Shown here: positions 25,422 to 37,699 of the stretch, piece by piece
Position numbering within the stretch: position 1 is the first letter of the stretch
Layout of the letters: every line of letters begins with the position of its first letter
Origin: Negaprion brevirostris
Taxonomy: Eukaryota
Length of the DNA stretch: 64,000 nt
Direction of reading: 5' to 3'
NCBI GenBank assembly: GCA_030324005.1
Contig: JARDVH010000110.1
Location: forward strand, 9,166,776-9,230,775
Translations under genes and position numbers: made by a program
The notes under the pieces: model-generated
Seen by the model: the letters and a program-made list of their open reading frames with translations, nothing else
Databases searched by the model: none
What the model was told of the DNA's origin: nothing

Positions 25422-26140
25422 ATAGAACACTACAGCACAAACAGGCCCTTCAGCCCACAAGTTGCGCCGATCACATCTATATCTACTAAGCCATAGACCT
25501 ATCTATAACCCGCAATCCCATTAGATCCCATATACTCATCCAGAAGTCTTTTAAAAGACCCCAGCGAGTTCGCCTCCACCGCCACCGACGGTAGCCGATT
25601 CCATTCACTCACCACCCTCTGAGTGAAAAACTTACCCCTAACATCTGCTCTGTACCTACTCCCCATCACCTTAAACCTGTGTCCTCTCGTAGCTACCATT
25701 TCAGCCCTGGGAAATAGCCTCTGAGAATCCACCCTATCTATTCCTCTCAACATCTTATAAACCTCTATCAGNNNNNNNNNNNNNNNNNNNNNNNNNNNNN
25801 NNNNNNNNNNNNNNNNNNNNNNNNNNNNNNNNNNNNNNNNNNNNNNNNNNNNNNNNNNNNNNNNNNNNNNNTGTCACTATTGGGCAGCCTATAGAAAACA
25901 CCCAGCAAAGTTATCGACCCTTTGCTGTTCCTAACTTCCACCCACAGACTCTGTAGACAGTCCCTCCATGGCATCCTCCTTCTCTGCAGCCATGACACTG
26001 CCCCTGATCAACAGTGCCACTCCACCATCTCTTTTGCCCCCAACCCTGTCCTTCCTGAAGCATCTGAATTCTGGCACCTGAAGTACCCAGTCCTGTCCCT
26101 GAGATATCCAAGTCTCTGTAATGGCCACCACATCACATTC
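25422..26140 (-). mobile_element. CR1/HER1-like LINE pieces (3' end plus endonuclease region) either side of a gap
   Basis: LRGIDRVD...TRGHRFKV...FFTQRVV..WN.LP (ORF2 C-terminus). VAITETW...FRCFRKDR..GGVALL and LLGVFYR (APE endonuclease). Confidence 0.85.
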
Positions 26141-27470
26141 CCATGTGATGTGGTGATATGAGCTTGTTTGAAAAATTCAATGCATATCAAGCTGTGATGT
26201 AATGCTTTTCTACATTTTAATACTTTGTGTACAGTTACTGTTTTTGGCGACTATAGGAGAGTGGTCAGTCTGTATATAGCATAGATACATACAAGAGTCC
26301 ACACTTGGAGTGAAATGGTGCTGACAGGAATAGAAAGGTCGGTGGAAAGAATTGATGATGCAACCAGTTAATCTGCTCATCTCTGTGGGATGAGTTTGAA
26401 TCAGCCCAGACAAATGACATGAAAATGACCCCTCCACTTCAAAGAATTGTTAATTTAGGTACACAATCCAGATGAAAGATGTGAACTTAAAGCACAAACT
26501 GCCCTCAAAGGGTGCTCAATCAGAAAGCAAGATAATGTGGGAAATGATAGAGGCAGGATAATAACCAGCTCCTGCTGTGTGGGAAAAACTGGGAGCAGTG
26601 GTGCAATAAGGAATGCCCTTTTGAGGTTGGTGTTAAATCTTATTGACAGAGAATAAAATCTTTGTTTCTGTGTGCAGATAGAATTAACATTTGAGACAGT
26701 TCAGGGCAGCCATTTTCTGTTCTGATAGGTCGTTGACCTGAAGCTGTTTCTCTCCATAGATGTTGCCTGACCTGAGCATTTCCAATACTAGTTTTTGCTT
26801 CAGATTTCCAGCATCCACAGTATTTTGTATGTGTATTGATCTCTGTCTGATTGTGCTTTAGAGTGCTTGATGCTGACACTTGATTGNNNNNNNNNNNNNN
26901 NNNNNNNNNNNNNNNNNNNNNNNNNNNNNNNNNNNNNNNNNNNNNNNNNNNNNNNNNNNNNNNNNNNNNNNNNNNNNNNNNNNNNNNNNNNNNNNNNNNN
27001 NNNNNNNNNNNNNNNNNNNNNNNNNNNNNNNNNNNNNNNNNNNNNNNNNNNNNNNNNNNNNNNNNNNNNNNNNNNNNNNNNNNNNNNNNNNNNNNNNNNN
27101 NNNNNNNNNNNNNNNNNNNNNNNNNNNNNNNNNNNNNNNNNNNNNNNNNNNNNNNNNNNNNNNNNNNNNNNNNNNNNNNNNNNNNNNNNNNNNNNNNNNN
27201 NNNNNNNNNNNNNNNNNNNNNNNNNNNNNNNNNNNNNNNNNNNNNNNNNNNNNNNNNNNNNNNNNNNNNNNNNNNNNNNNNNNNNNNNNNNNNNNNNNNN
27301 NNNNNNNNNNNNNNNNNNNNNNNNNNNNNNNNNNNNNNNNNNNNNNNNNNNNNNNNNNNNNNNNNNNNNNNNNNNNNNNNNNNNNNNNNNNNNNNNNNNN
27401 NNNNNNNNNNNNNNNNNNNNNNNNNNNNNNNNNNNNNNNNNNNNNNNNNNNNNNNNNNNNNNNNNNNNNN

Positions 27471-29668
27471 GACAATATGTAGATAGCCCCTTCCCGAGTT
27501 CAACTATCTTAGACCTGGTTCTGGGAAACGAGCCCTGGCCAGGTGATTGTCTCAGTGGGGAACCATTTTGGGACCAGTGGTCACAATTCTATAAGTTTCA
27601 AAATACTTCTAGAAAAGGATAGAAGTAGTCCCAGAGTAAAAGTGCTAAACTGTGCCAGTATTAGGCAGGAGCAAGGGAATGTAGTCTGGGGTAGCTGTTT
27701 GAGGGTACATCCACATCCGATATGTCGGGGCCTTTTAAAAGTCAGTCATTAACCATTCAGGACAAGTATGTCCCTGTAAAAATGAAGGATGAAGATGGCA
27801 AGATGCAGGAACTGGATGACGAGGGATTATGAGCTTAGTGAAAAAGGAGGCATACATAAATTTCAGGTAATTGAAAACAGATAAGCTCTTGAGGAATACA
27901 AAGAGAGCAGGAAAGAGCTTAAATAGGGATTTAGGAAGGCTAAAAAGGGCCATGAAATGTTTTTGGCAGGCAAGATTAGGAGAATCCCGAGGCTTTTTAT
28001 GCGTATACAAGGAGGAAGAGGGTGGCTAAGGAAAGGGTGGGTCCATTCAAGGACAATGGAGGGAATTTGGAGCCAGATGAGGTGAGTGAGGTCCTTAACG
28101 AGTACTTTGCATCAGTATTCACAAAGGAGAAGGATGTGGTGGATGAGGAATGTAGAAAGGAGGATGTTGACATTCTAAGGCATGTCGAGATAAAAAGAGA
28201 GGGGATATTGGAGGCTTTGAAGAACATTAAGATGGACAAGTCCCTAGGGCCAGATATGGTTATCCCAGAATACTGAGAAGTGAGGAAAGAAATTGCTGAG
28301 GCTTGGCCAATATCTTTTTATCATCTTTAGCCATGGACAAAGTACCAGATGAATGGAGATTGCTAACGTTGTTCCTCTGTTTAAGAAAAGCAAAAGAGAC
28401 AATCTGGGAAAGTACAGGCCTGTGAGCCTTACATTAGTGGTGGGAAAATTATTGGAGACGATTCTTAGGGACAGGATAATTCACATCTGGAAGAGAATAG
28501 GCTTATTAGCCTTGGCAGCATGGTTTTGGGATGGGGCGATCGTGTCTCACAAACTTGATTGAGTTCTTTGAGGAAGTGACAAGAAAAATTGACCAGGGCA
28601 GGGCATTGGAGTTTGTATTCATAGACTTTAGTAAAACCTTTGATAAGGTTCTTCATAGGCAGACACAGAGGTGAAGTCATATGGGATCTGAGGTGAGCAG
28701 GTAAGATTGATATAAAACTGGCTTGGGCATAGAAAGCAGAGAGTAACAGTGAAAGGGTACTTTTTTAACTGGAAGTCTGTGACGAGAATCAGTGTTGGGA
28801 CCTCTGCAATATATATAAATGAATTGGAGGAAAATTTAGTTGCCCTGATAAATTTGCAGATGATATAAAAATTGGGGGAGTAGCAGATGGTGAGGAGGAT
28901 TATCAGAGGATACAGCAGGATGTAAATTGGCTGGAGACCTGGGCTGAAAGATGGCAAATGGAAATTAACATGGACAAAAGGCCTACTGCAGAAGGAAAGT
29001 ATCCAGTAAGTCGTAGAGCCCTTAGAAATATTAGCATACAGAGAAAGATATAGGTGTGCAGATCTGTAGTTCCCTCAAGGTGGCAACTCAGATGGACAAT
29101 GTGGTCAAGAAGGCATATGGCATGCTGACCTTCATCAATCGGGCTATTGCCTATAGGAATTGGAAAATCATGTTGCAGCTGTATAAGACTTTTTGGTTTG
29201 GCCGCGTTGGAGTATTATGTACAGTTCTGGTCACCACACTACCGGAAGGATGTTGATGCATTGGAAAGGGTGCAGAAAGGATTTGCCAGGATGTTGCCTG
29301 GTTTGGAGGCTATGGACAAACTTGCATTGTGTTCGTTTGGCGTGTCGGAGGTTGACGTGATAGAGGTTTACAAGATTATGACAGGCTTGGTTAGAGTGGA
29401 TAGTCAGTTTATTTCCCAAGGTTGAAGGGTTAATTACTTAAGGGCGTAGGTTGAAAGTGAAGGGGGGGTGGAGTTTAAGAGAGATGCAAGGGGCAGGTTT
29501 TTCACAGACATGGTGGTGAATGCTTGGAATGTGCTGTGGAGGAGGTAGTGGAAGCAGAATTTATAGCAATGTTCATGAGGCATCTGGATACATGAATAGG
29601 CAGGGAATAGAGGGATGTGGACCATGTAGAGGCAAGAAAATATTAGATGTCTAGTTGGCACAGACTTG
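27471..29668 (+). mobile_element. CR1/HER1-like LINE ORF2, decayed
   Basis: LDLVLGNEP, LNEYFASVFTKE, ANVVPLFKK..YRPVSLT.VVGKLLE, aaatttgcagatgat (FADD), LEYYVQFWSPHYRKDV.ALERVQ. Confidence 0.9.
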
Positions 29669-29824
29669 NNNNNNNNNNNNNNNNNNNNNNNNNNNNNNNN
29701 NNNNNNNNNNNNNNNNNNNNNNNNNNNNNNNNNNNNNNNNNNNNNNNNNNNNNNNNNNNNNNNNNNNNNNNNNNNNNNNNNNNNNNNNNNNNNNNNNNNN
29801 NNNNNNNNNNNNNNNNNNNNNNNN

Positions 29825-30035
29825 TGTCTGCATGAGTTTCCTCCGGGTGCTCCGGTTTCCTCCCACAGTCCAAAGATGTGCGGGTTAGGTTGATTGGCCA
29901 TGCTAAAATTCCCCTTTGTATCCAGAGATGCGTAGGTTAGAGGGATTAATGGGTAGTTATGTAGGGCCTGGGTGGGATGGTGGTTGGTGCAAACTCGATG
30001 GGTTGCATGACCTCTTTCTCTACTGTAGGGTTTGA
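29825..30035 (+). mobile_element. HE1-like V-SINE (3' part)
   Basis: V-domain tttcctccgggtgctccggtttcctcccacagtccaaagatgtgcgggttaggttgattggccatgctaaa and a CR1-type tail. Confidence 0.85.
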
Positions 30036-31825
30036 GATTTCTAAGAAATACTCAGCAGGCCAGGCAGCATCTATGGAGAGAGAAATGGAGCTAGCATTTC
30101 AGGCAGCTTACCACTGGGAAATGTTATAGATTTTGCAAATAATAAGATTTTATGGGGCATGCCAAGGATGTACTTTTCAACGGATAATTGTCAAATTGTG
30201 ACTGCTTTCTGTGACAAGACTACCAAATTGTAGGAGTTTTCAAATACACAACCCAGGATGGATGCCACACTGAGCAGGTATCTTGTGTTCGCTTGTCACC
30301 AAATAGCAGTAACTCAATCGTAGTCACCTGTGGCTGGGATAAACTAGTTAACTTTTCAGTTGGAGTTTAGCCAATGACATTCTCAAAGTGATTTGTAAGC
30401 ATGAGCAATTAGCTGGTGCAGTAGGTGAACACTTCCTCTTTTCCCTTGAGTGCTCTATTGCCATCTAAATCTGGGGTTAGTAAGATTGGAATGTGGATAG
30501 GTGTGGGGAAGAGGAGGTAATTGAAGTGAGAAAAGGCTCTTATGCATGGTCCAATTACCCTGTTTCTGTTCTGTAGATTGAGAGATTTAAAATTGTCACC
30601 ATCTCTCCAACCTAATTACCTTTGATGCACCATTGTGGTTTACTGTTAATCCTTTAGCTGCTATTGTCTTTTTGAGTTGTTATGGGAAGAGACCGTGCCA
30701 GTCGACTCAAATATTTCGACATGAGCATGGGGTGGAGCCTTGCTGCTGCTGCTCCTCGAGATTCCACTTCCTGAGCTGCTAATGACTGAAAACGTAGTTT
30801 CAGTGGGTAAGAGGAAGCANNNNNNNNNNNNNNNNNNNNNNNNNNNNNNNNNNNNNNNNNNNNNNNNNNNNNNNNNNNNNNNNNNNNNNNNNNNNNNNNN
30901 NNNNNNNNNNNNNNNNNNNGCAGCATCAAGCTGCTTGAGGGTTTGCAATTTGACACTGAGCCCACTTACAGCACATACCACTGTTTTGCTTCTCTGTCCT
31001 GTGGATACAAGCGCGGCAGAATGCCATATTGAAATTTGTCACCAGTGTTTCTCTGCCCAGGAGTTTCTGTCCCATTTTGATGCTCAGGACATAGCTGAGT
31101 GATTGCACAGATGTTTAGTTGAATATTTTTCACTGAATCTATCTGTCATGTAAGACTGTATGGGGCTGATGACATGATTTGAATGAATTGATCTGATGTA
31201 AAAGTAGCCCAATCAAAAACTTCACCCTTTTTGCATAAATTGAAGGAAGTTCTTGTCTAGAAACTCTCTTGCACTCTGAGAGTAATGTGGACATTGGGTA
31301 TATTGACTCTTAAGGAGAACCTGAGGGATGACAGAAATCAGGCTTGAGACCTGTATACATTTTAATCTTGGATTCAGCCACTCTTTTTGTTCCTAACTTG
31401 GAGTTTTATGTCCTATTCAATTTTGCTTTTGTAAATTGTTAATACAAAATGCAAGCAGATCATTTTCTCCTCGACTCCCAAAGGTCTTTGCAGTTATAAT
31501 GTGAATTCTTTGAATTGTCTATGATGTGCTTGAATAATATAGGAATCACTTTGTCATACTGTTCTAGGTGACCTTATTTTTAAACTTCTGGCTTACTGAG
31601 TGAAGGCATTGTCCAATGCCTTGCTAAGTCACATGGGCCAGAAGGCTTTAGATATGATCCCTTGCCTCTGAACTAGCTAACCTCACTTGGGCACAACGTT
31701 TTGCCCAATTGCCTTTGAGCGGGGGCTGCAGGTAAACAGGAGAGTTTCTAGTTCCTGGTTACTCTCCCTGCTAGAAAGTGAACCAGCTCCATATTTGTGT
31801 TGTAGCCCCCAGAGTTCACAGATGT

Positions 31826-32270
31826 TGGTGGCACAGTGGTTAGCACTGCTGCCTCACAGCGTCAGGGACGCTTGGGTCACTGTCTGTGTGGAGTTGTATG
31901 CTCTCCCTGTTTCCCCTGGGTGCTTCGGATTTCTCCCACAGATCTGAAAGACATGGTGATTAGGTGTATTGGCCATGCTGAATTCTGCCTCAGTGTACCT
32001 GAAAAGACTCGAGTGTGGCAACTTAGGGGATATTCATAGAATCTTACAGCGCAGAAGGAGGCCACTTGGCCCATTGAATCTACACTGACCACAATCCCAC
32101 CCAGGCCCCATCTGTATAACCCCATGCATTTACCCTAATTAGTCCCCCTCACACTAAGGAGCAATTTAACATGGCCAATCCACCTAACTTGCGCACCTTT
32201 GGACTTTCACAGTAACTTAATTGCAGTGTTAATATAAGCCTACTTGTGACACTGATACATAAGCTTTAAA
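31826..32270 (+). mobile_element. HE1-like V-SINE containing an inverted second SINE fragment (~32036-32204)
   Basis: Head tggtggcacagtggttagcactgctgcctcacagc. The tail resumes at ttcacagtaacttaattgcagtgttaatataagcctacttgtgacac after a minus-strand HE1 3' piece. Confidence 0.8.
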
Positions 32271-32956
32271 CTATATTGGCTGTCTATATTCACACACAGA
32301 GTGAGCAGCTGGGTTATATGACTATCAGTATTTGCAGAGAGATGCTCCAAAAAGTGCTGAGTGCTTCAGAATAATGCAGAAAGTGGGCAGAGGGATCTTT
32401 TTATGTGAAGAGTTTTTTTACAGTCTTCTGGCACATGTTACTGCATGCATGCACAAATGCAAGTGCGCTGAGGAAGGAAACATTATTCCTGACTAAATTA
32501 TGCAAGACAATGTCTATCAATCTCTATTTTAACATTAACAATTGATCAAGCATCAATTGCTGTTTGTGGAGGAGAGTTCCAAACTTCTTTCACTCTTGTG
32601 TGAAGAATTGTCTCCTAATTTCACACTGAAATATTTAAATTTCCATGGAGTTGGTTGAATCCTACAATGGGAGCATTGTGTACCTTTATATCAAGCATTA
32701 GTTGATGAAAATTGTTAAGCAGCTTGCGTGTCCTGATATGTCCCTGAACAGCATAGTTTCTTGTTGCCAATCCTTGCATTCCATTCATGATAGTAACCTA
32801 TTTCACATGCATTTAACACATGACTACTTCTATGTTCAGTTGGTAAAAGCACTGTCTAGCATTTCATTTGACCTGGAGATTTTGGGAGATTCCACATTTG
32901 TTTTTTGTTTTGTTCTGTGTTAGCTGATCTCAACCAGGCAGCAGGGGGGACACTAG

Positions 32957-33072
32957 AGGCCAGATTTTACAGGTGAGATTGTAAAATCCTGCCTGAGGCC
33001 AACAGAGTCTTCTCTTCTGGGAACCTCGCCCGCCCTGAAATCAGGACGGATGAGGTGGTAGGGTTTCGGCAT
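32957..33072. mobile_element. Possible short MITE (PIF/Harbinger-like ends)
   Basis: ggccagattttac...gtagggtttcggc imperfect inverted ends, with an internal gattttaca/tgtaaaatc hairpin. Confidence 0.3.
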
Positions 33073-33099
33073 TGGAGTTGGCCCCTCTATGTCTGGGCA

Positions 33100-33705
33100 A
33101 AAGAAGGCTAAAAGAATAGGTGCATTTAAATAACTTACTTCATGATCACTGGTTTGGAAAGAAATTTATAGTACTTTTTGAAATGCTGTCACTGTTGCAA
33201 TACAGGGAACAGGGTGGCCAATCTATGTACAGCAAACCCTCACAAACAGCAGTGTGATGATGACCAGCTCAATTGGCTGGATGGCTGGTTCATGATGTGG
33301 AATAAAGCCAACAGCATGGGTTCAGTTCCCGTACCGGCTGAAGTTATTCATGAAGTCCCTGTCTCGTCAACCTTGCCCTTTGCCTGAGTGATCTTCAGAT
33401 TACAGCACCAGCAGTCAACTCTTCCCCTCAAATGGGAGAGCAGCCTATGGTCAACTGGGATTAAGGTGACTTTTCCTAATGACCAGGTAATTTATAATGT
33501 GATGTTGATTGAGGGATGAATATTAGACCACCAGGGGTATCTGCCTCCAGCTTTTCTTCCAAACAGTGCTGTGGGATTGTTTGCATTCAACTGAGGGCAA
33601 ATGGGGCTTCGATTTAACATCTCACTCGGAAGACAGCACCTCTGACAGTACAATAGCTGTACAGTATGGCACTGGAGTAGTCAGCTAAATGCATCATTCT
33701 ACATC
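33100..33705 (-). mobile_element. Deu-domain-type SINE split by a short + strand tRNA-SINE
   Basis: gacagcacctctgacagt...gcactggagtagtcagc Deu-like body. Nested element at ~33265-33475. Confidence 0.55.
33265..33475 (+). mobile_element. Short tRNA-derived SINE
   Basis: gctcaattggctgga...gggttcagttcccgtaccggct...ggagagcagcctatggtcaactggga. Second copy at ~57545-57742. Confidence 0.6.
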
Positions 33706-35469
33706 CCACTGTGCCAGCTGCCGCCCCTGCCCTCCCACTGACATCTGTCAAAGGACATTGACTGTGATACCTTCCTTGGTCATATAGCCAGTCACAGTTC
33801 ATTTTTGATGACTTAGAATGATAACTGGAAATCAGCTTGGAGTTCTACCCCAGCCCTTCAGCCACAGAGGTGAACAAATAAGACCTAGAGTAAAAGAAAA
33901 TTACCTTGAATTTTTCCTCCCCCTTTTGACAATCATTCTCAGAGCTTAGTTTTAGTTCCGTCGATTTATTTATTTAGCTCCTGAATGAGAAGTTTTAATT
34001 CCTTGGAAAATTTATTAAATATTTTTAGTTGAGATTTGTTCTGTTATCCCAAACTGGAGCCTGGACTTTTGGCAAATTCTGATTTCAGCCAGGCATTTTA
34101 ATGAGGGTGCAAGTGTCATGAAATGTAAGCTGGTTGATGTGGTGATATCTTGAGCTGTGAGGTTGTAAAATACAACTTCTGATTGTATTTTACAACCTTC
34201 GCTTCTGCTCTATTACACCAGTCCTTTTGCTGTCTCAACTTCTGCTTTGAGGAGAATGCTTTAGTAAGCAGAATAGGAACTTCTAAAGCAGAATTGAGAT
34301 TTTCGAATAGTTTGACGGATTGGTGATATGGTGGGATAATCTACAGTTGCTATCCAGAATTTTAATCTAGTATGCAGAGGATAATTTTTTAATTCATCTG
34401 TTCATGGGCAATGGTACTACTGGCTAGGCAAGCATTTATTGCCTATCCCTAATTGCACTTCAGAAGAGCAATTGAATTTAGTATACTGGAAGCAAGTCTT
34501 GTATTTATACAGCACCTTTTAATGACCACTGAGCTTTTCAAACAGAATCACAGCCAATTAACTAGATTTTGAGTTGTTTTTTCCAATTCCATCACATTTA
34601 TCACTTTGGTTAGTCAGCAAATTTCAACACTTCTGACTTTGAGTTCATGTCTTTATGTAAACAAAAGATCATGGCTCCAACAGCGGACCCTGGGGCACCA
34701 TACTCTACTCATTATTTAAATCTTCTCATGCGTGCTCATTGTTTTCTACCTTTCAGCTAGTTTCTCACCCATTCCGGTGAGAATGAGGAATAACGGTGTT
34801 TGATTAATGGCCTTATGGGACTTTGTTAAATTCCTTTTGGATTTCTAGACATATGACCGCAAGCCTTTCCACCACCCAATTGTGACGTTGCTTCCTTTAA
34901 CCACCTTGCTTTAGATGTGATTGTCTCCTTCGGAATCCATGCTGACTGTTGGGTTGTAATTCCTGATTCCATTATTTATAGAATGAAGCAGATGCAATAT
35001 ACCTGCCATTCCCATTTGTATTAACTCCCAGTTCTGAAAATGGGAACCTCATTAACCTTTCCCAATATAGTGAGGCCATTTGAGTGTGCAGTGAGGGAAT
35101 AAATCTCAAGTTTGTTCGTGCCCTAGTGTCCAATTCAGGATTTATCCACCTGCCCTTCATATGATGGTTGAAAAAATAATTTTCAACATCCCATTTTTGA
35201 CCACTAAGCAAGTGTGAGATGGTCCTTTCTTAGTGGATTTGACACAGCCACGCATCAACAGGCTAACCTTCAGCTTTTTCTGGCACAGTTGGTTGCATTA
35301 CCCATTTGAAGTTCTGATGCTGTTTGTGGTGACCCATTGTTAGAATCATATCTACCAGGACAATATTTTCTTTCAAAATATGGAAGGATATTGCATTATT
35401 GGATTCTTGAAAGTTGAGCTTGATTTCCTCCTTATTAAACATTCACATGCTCACCTTTGGATTAGGAGC

Positions 35470-35990
35470 AAGCAATGCTTTTTCCAAGAAATTTCCAGAT
35501 TGAAGGAAGGATGTGAATGCATTGGAGAGAGTGCAGAAGAGATTTACAAGAATACTTCCTGGGATGAGAAACTTCAGTTATGAGGATAGGTTGGGGAGAT
35601 TGGGACTGTTCTCCTTGGAGACAAGATGATGAAGAGGAGATTGGTAGAGATGCTCAAAATCATGAGGGCTGGGTAGAGTAGTTGAGAAGAAAGTGATCCC
35701 ATTCATAAAAGGATCAAGATCGAGAAGGCATAGATTTAAAGTGATTTGCCATAAAAAGCGTGATGTGAGATACCTCTTCTACAACAAGTGGTTTGGGCCT
35801 GCAATGCAGTGGAAGTATGTGGAGGCAGGTTCAATTGTTGCATTCAAGGGCACATTAGATGATTACTTGAATAGAAACCTTGTGCAGGGAGAGAGGGTGG
35901 CACCAAGCCATAATCTCATTTGGAGAACTGGTGCAAACATCATGGCCCGGATGGCTTCCTGCTGCATTGTAAAAGTTTTGTGATTCTGTG
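35470..35990 (+). mobile_element. CR1-like LINE 3' fragment
   Basis: gaaggatgtgaatgcattggagagagtgcagaagagatttacaag (KDV.ALERVQ.RFT) and SR.HRFKV. Confidence 0.75.
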
Positions 35991-36891
35991 AAATCACCTG
36001 AGCAGTATGGTACTTGATGGAGAGAGTTGTTTTTGTGTTGCAATCAATTTTAACTGGAGGAAAAATGGTTTAAAGTCAATGGGTAGTAATTTACTGGAAA
36101 TCGCATGACAGAAATGAACTTCAAGTTTTGAGCTTGGGACTGACTTGAGAAGCGGAAAAACTGCCCTGCCTGGGCACTCTTTGCCTTGCTTAGAACCGTG
36201 AGATTGTCAGTGTCCAGTTACAAGTCCTCATTTCAGTATGTTAAGGACTCCACTGATGTTAAATACGAAGGTGTCCCAAAACCCAGAAGGGTAACTTGGG
36301 ACATCGGTTCTTAGTGGTCAATTTGGTATACTTTGAGAAAAGATATGCAAATAAGGAGGAACAATCAAGTTGGCGTGGGGTTAATTAATAAAGAATATTT
36401 ATTAAAAGAAAAGCAAACAAGAAGGACCATAATAGACTACAAAAGTATACTTAACTACACTGATGGCTATACATGCACAGTGTTACGAGGTTCCCTCTTG
36501 TTCTCAACATTTCCTGAACTGAGATGCCCCTTGCTCCCAAACAGCATCCAGTATTACACCACTGAGCGCTAAATCCAGATAATTACTGCACAGTCCACTT
36601 TTGGAAAATCATCTACAGTTTCAGCGAAGGCATAATCTTGGTTCAAGTTTTTGATTTTAACCAGCTGCCCTTTTAGCAATTCCTTAATTTTGAGGGAACT
36701 GTTTTCTGCAGCTCGGTGTGGTTGTGATGGTAGCTGCTTCTACAGTATTCCTTACATCCATAGCACAATAACTGGAGAATCATTCATTTTTTTCCCTGTG
36801 ATGTTACCCACCCTATGGACCCAGCTTTTTAGCATGTAAGTGCCAATCTTTCCAGTTTGAAGCTGCCTCCTCTATACCCCAAGTCACATGG

Positions 36892-37082
36892 GGCAGCACG
36901 ATGGCAAGTGGTTAGCACTGCTGGCTCACAGTGCCAGATGATGGTGAGTAATTAATCCCCTGTGTCCTGGTTCATGGTGAAGATGGGTAACTGATCTCTT
37001 GGTTCAGGGTGATGGTGAGCGACTGACTCCCCTGGTTCATGGTGGCGTTGGGTGATTGATACCCTGGATCCTGGTTCAGCGT
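36892..37082 (+). repeat. V-SINE tRNA head fused to a ~32-39 bp minisatellite (4 units)
   Basis: ggcagcacgatggcaagtggttagcactgctggctcacagtgccag, then repeats of gatggtgagtaa/ctga..cccctggttcatggt. Confidence 0.6.
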
Positions 37083-37129
37083 GAAATCATGTGGAATGTC
37101 TGTGTTCTGTTAGTTAGCGAAATCCCAAT

Positions 37130-37275
37130 CTTCCTGTGTCCTGTCATTGAATTCTCCACCTTGCTCTCATGCAGACAACTCTGTCCTTGACCTGCTGCAC
37201 TGCTCCAGTGAGGCTCAATGTAAGTTTCAGGAAAAGTACCTCATCTTTCATTTAGGCACTTTACATCCTTCCAGA
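37130..37275 (+). mobile_element. Penelope-like endonuclease C-terminal remnant (second family)
   Basis: NSPPCSHADNSVLDLLHCSSEAQCKFQEKYLIFHLGTLHPS resembles the Penelope GIY-YIG C-terminus (HFNS.SH..L.V.GL...E.HLIF.LG.L.P). Confidence 0.65.
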
Positions 37276-37699
37276 CAAAACATTTGCGTTTTTAAAGCTA
37301 ATTTTACTGGATGTGGCCGTCACTGGCTCGGCCGGCATTTATTGCCTATCCTTAGTTGCAATTCCAATGATGGTAATGAGCTGCTGCCTTCAACCACTGC
37401 AGTCCCTGAGGTGTAGACACTCAGTCCTGTTGGGGAGGAATTCCAGGATTTTGACCTCGTGACCATGAAGGAATGACGATTATATTTCCAAGTTTCTTGG
37501 ACAGGAGCTTCCAGGTATTTTTGTTCCAACCCTTAAAGTGCATCTCACCCAGGCCAATCCCCACAACCCTGCACATTCATTATGGGAAAGGCAATAAGCG
37601 CTGGCCGAGCCAGTGATGGCCACATCCAATAAAATGAACTTTAGAAACTCAAATGTTTTGTCTGCTAGGATGAAAAGTGCCTAATTGAATGGAATAAAA

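Noticed and set aside
31826-31900. tRNA-like sequences (also at 36892, 54021, 57385, 61365)
   Set aside because: These are SINE heads followed by V-domains or truncated, with no complete cloverleaf.
36273-36890. LTR-like segment (also 11660-12030)
   Set aside because: Only TATA/AATAAA-like hints, with no target-site duplication, primer-binding site or second LTR.
36940-37082. CRISPR-like spacing of short repeats
   Set aside because: Vertebrate genome, the whole units are degenerate copies with no unique spacers, and there are no cas genes.
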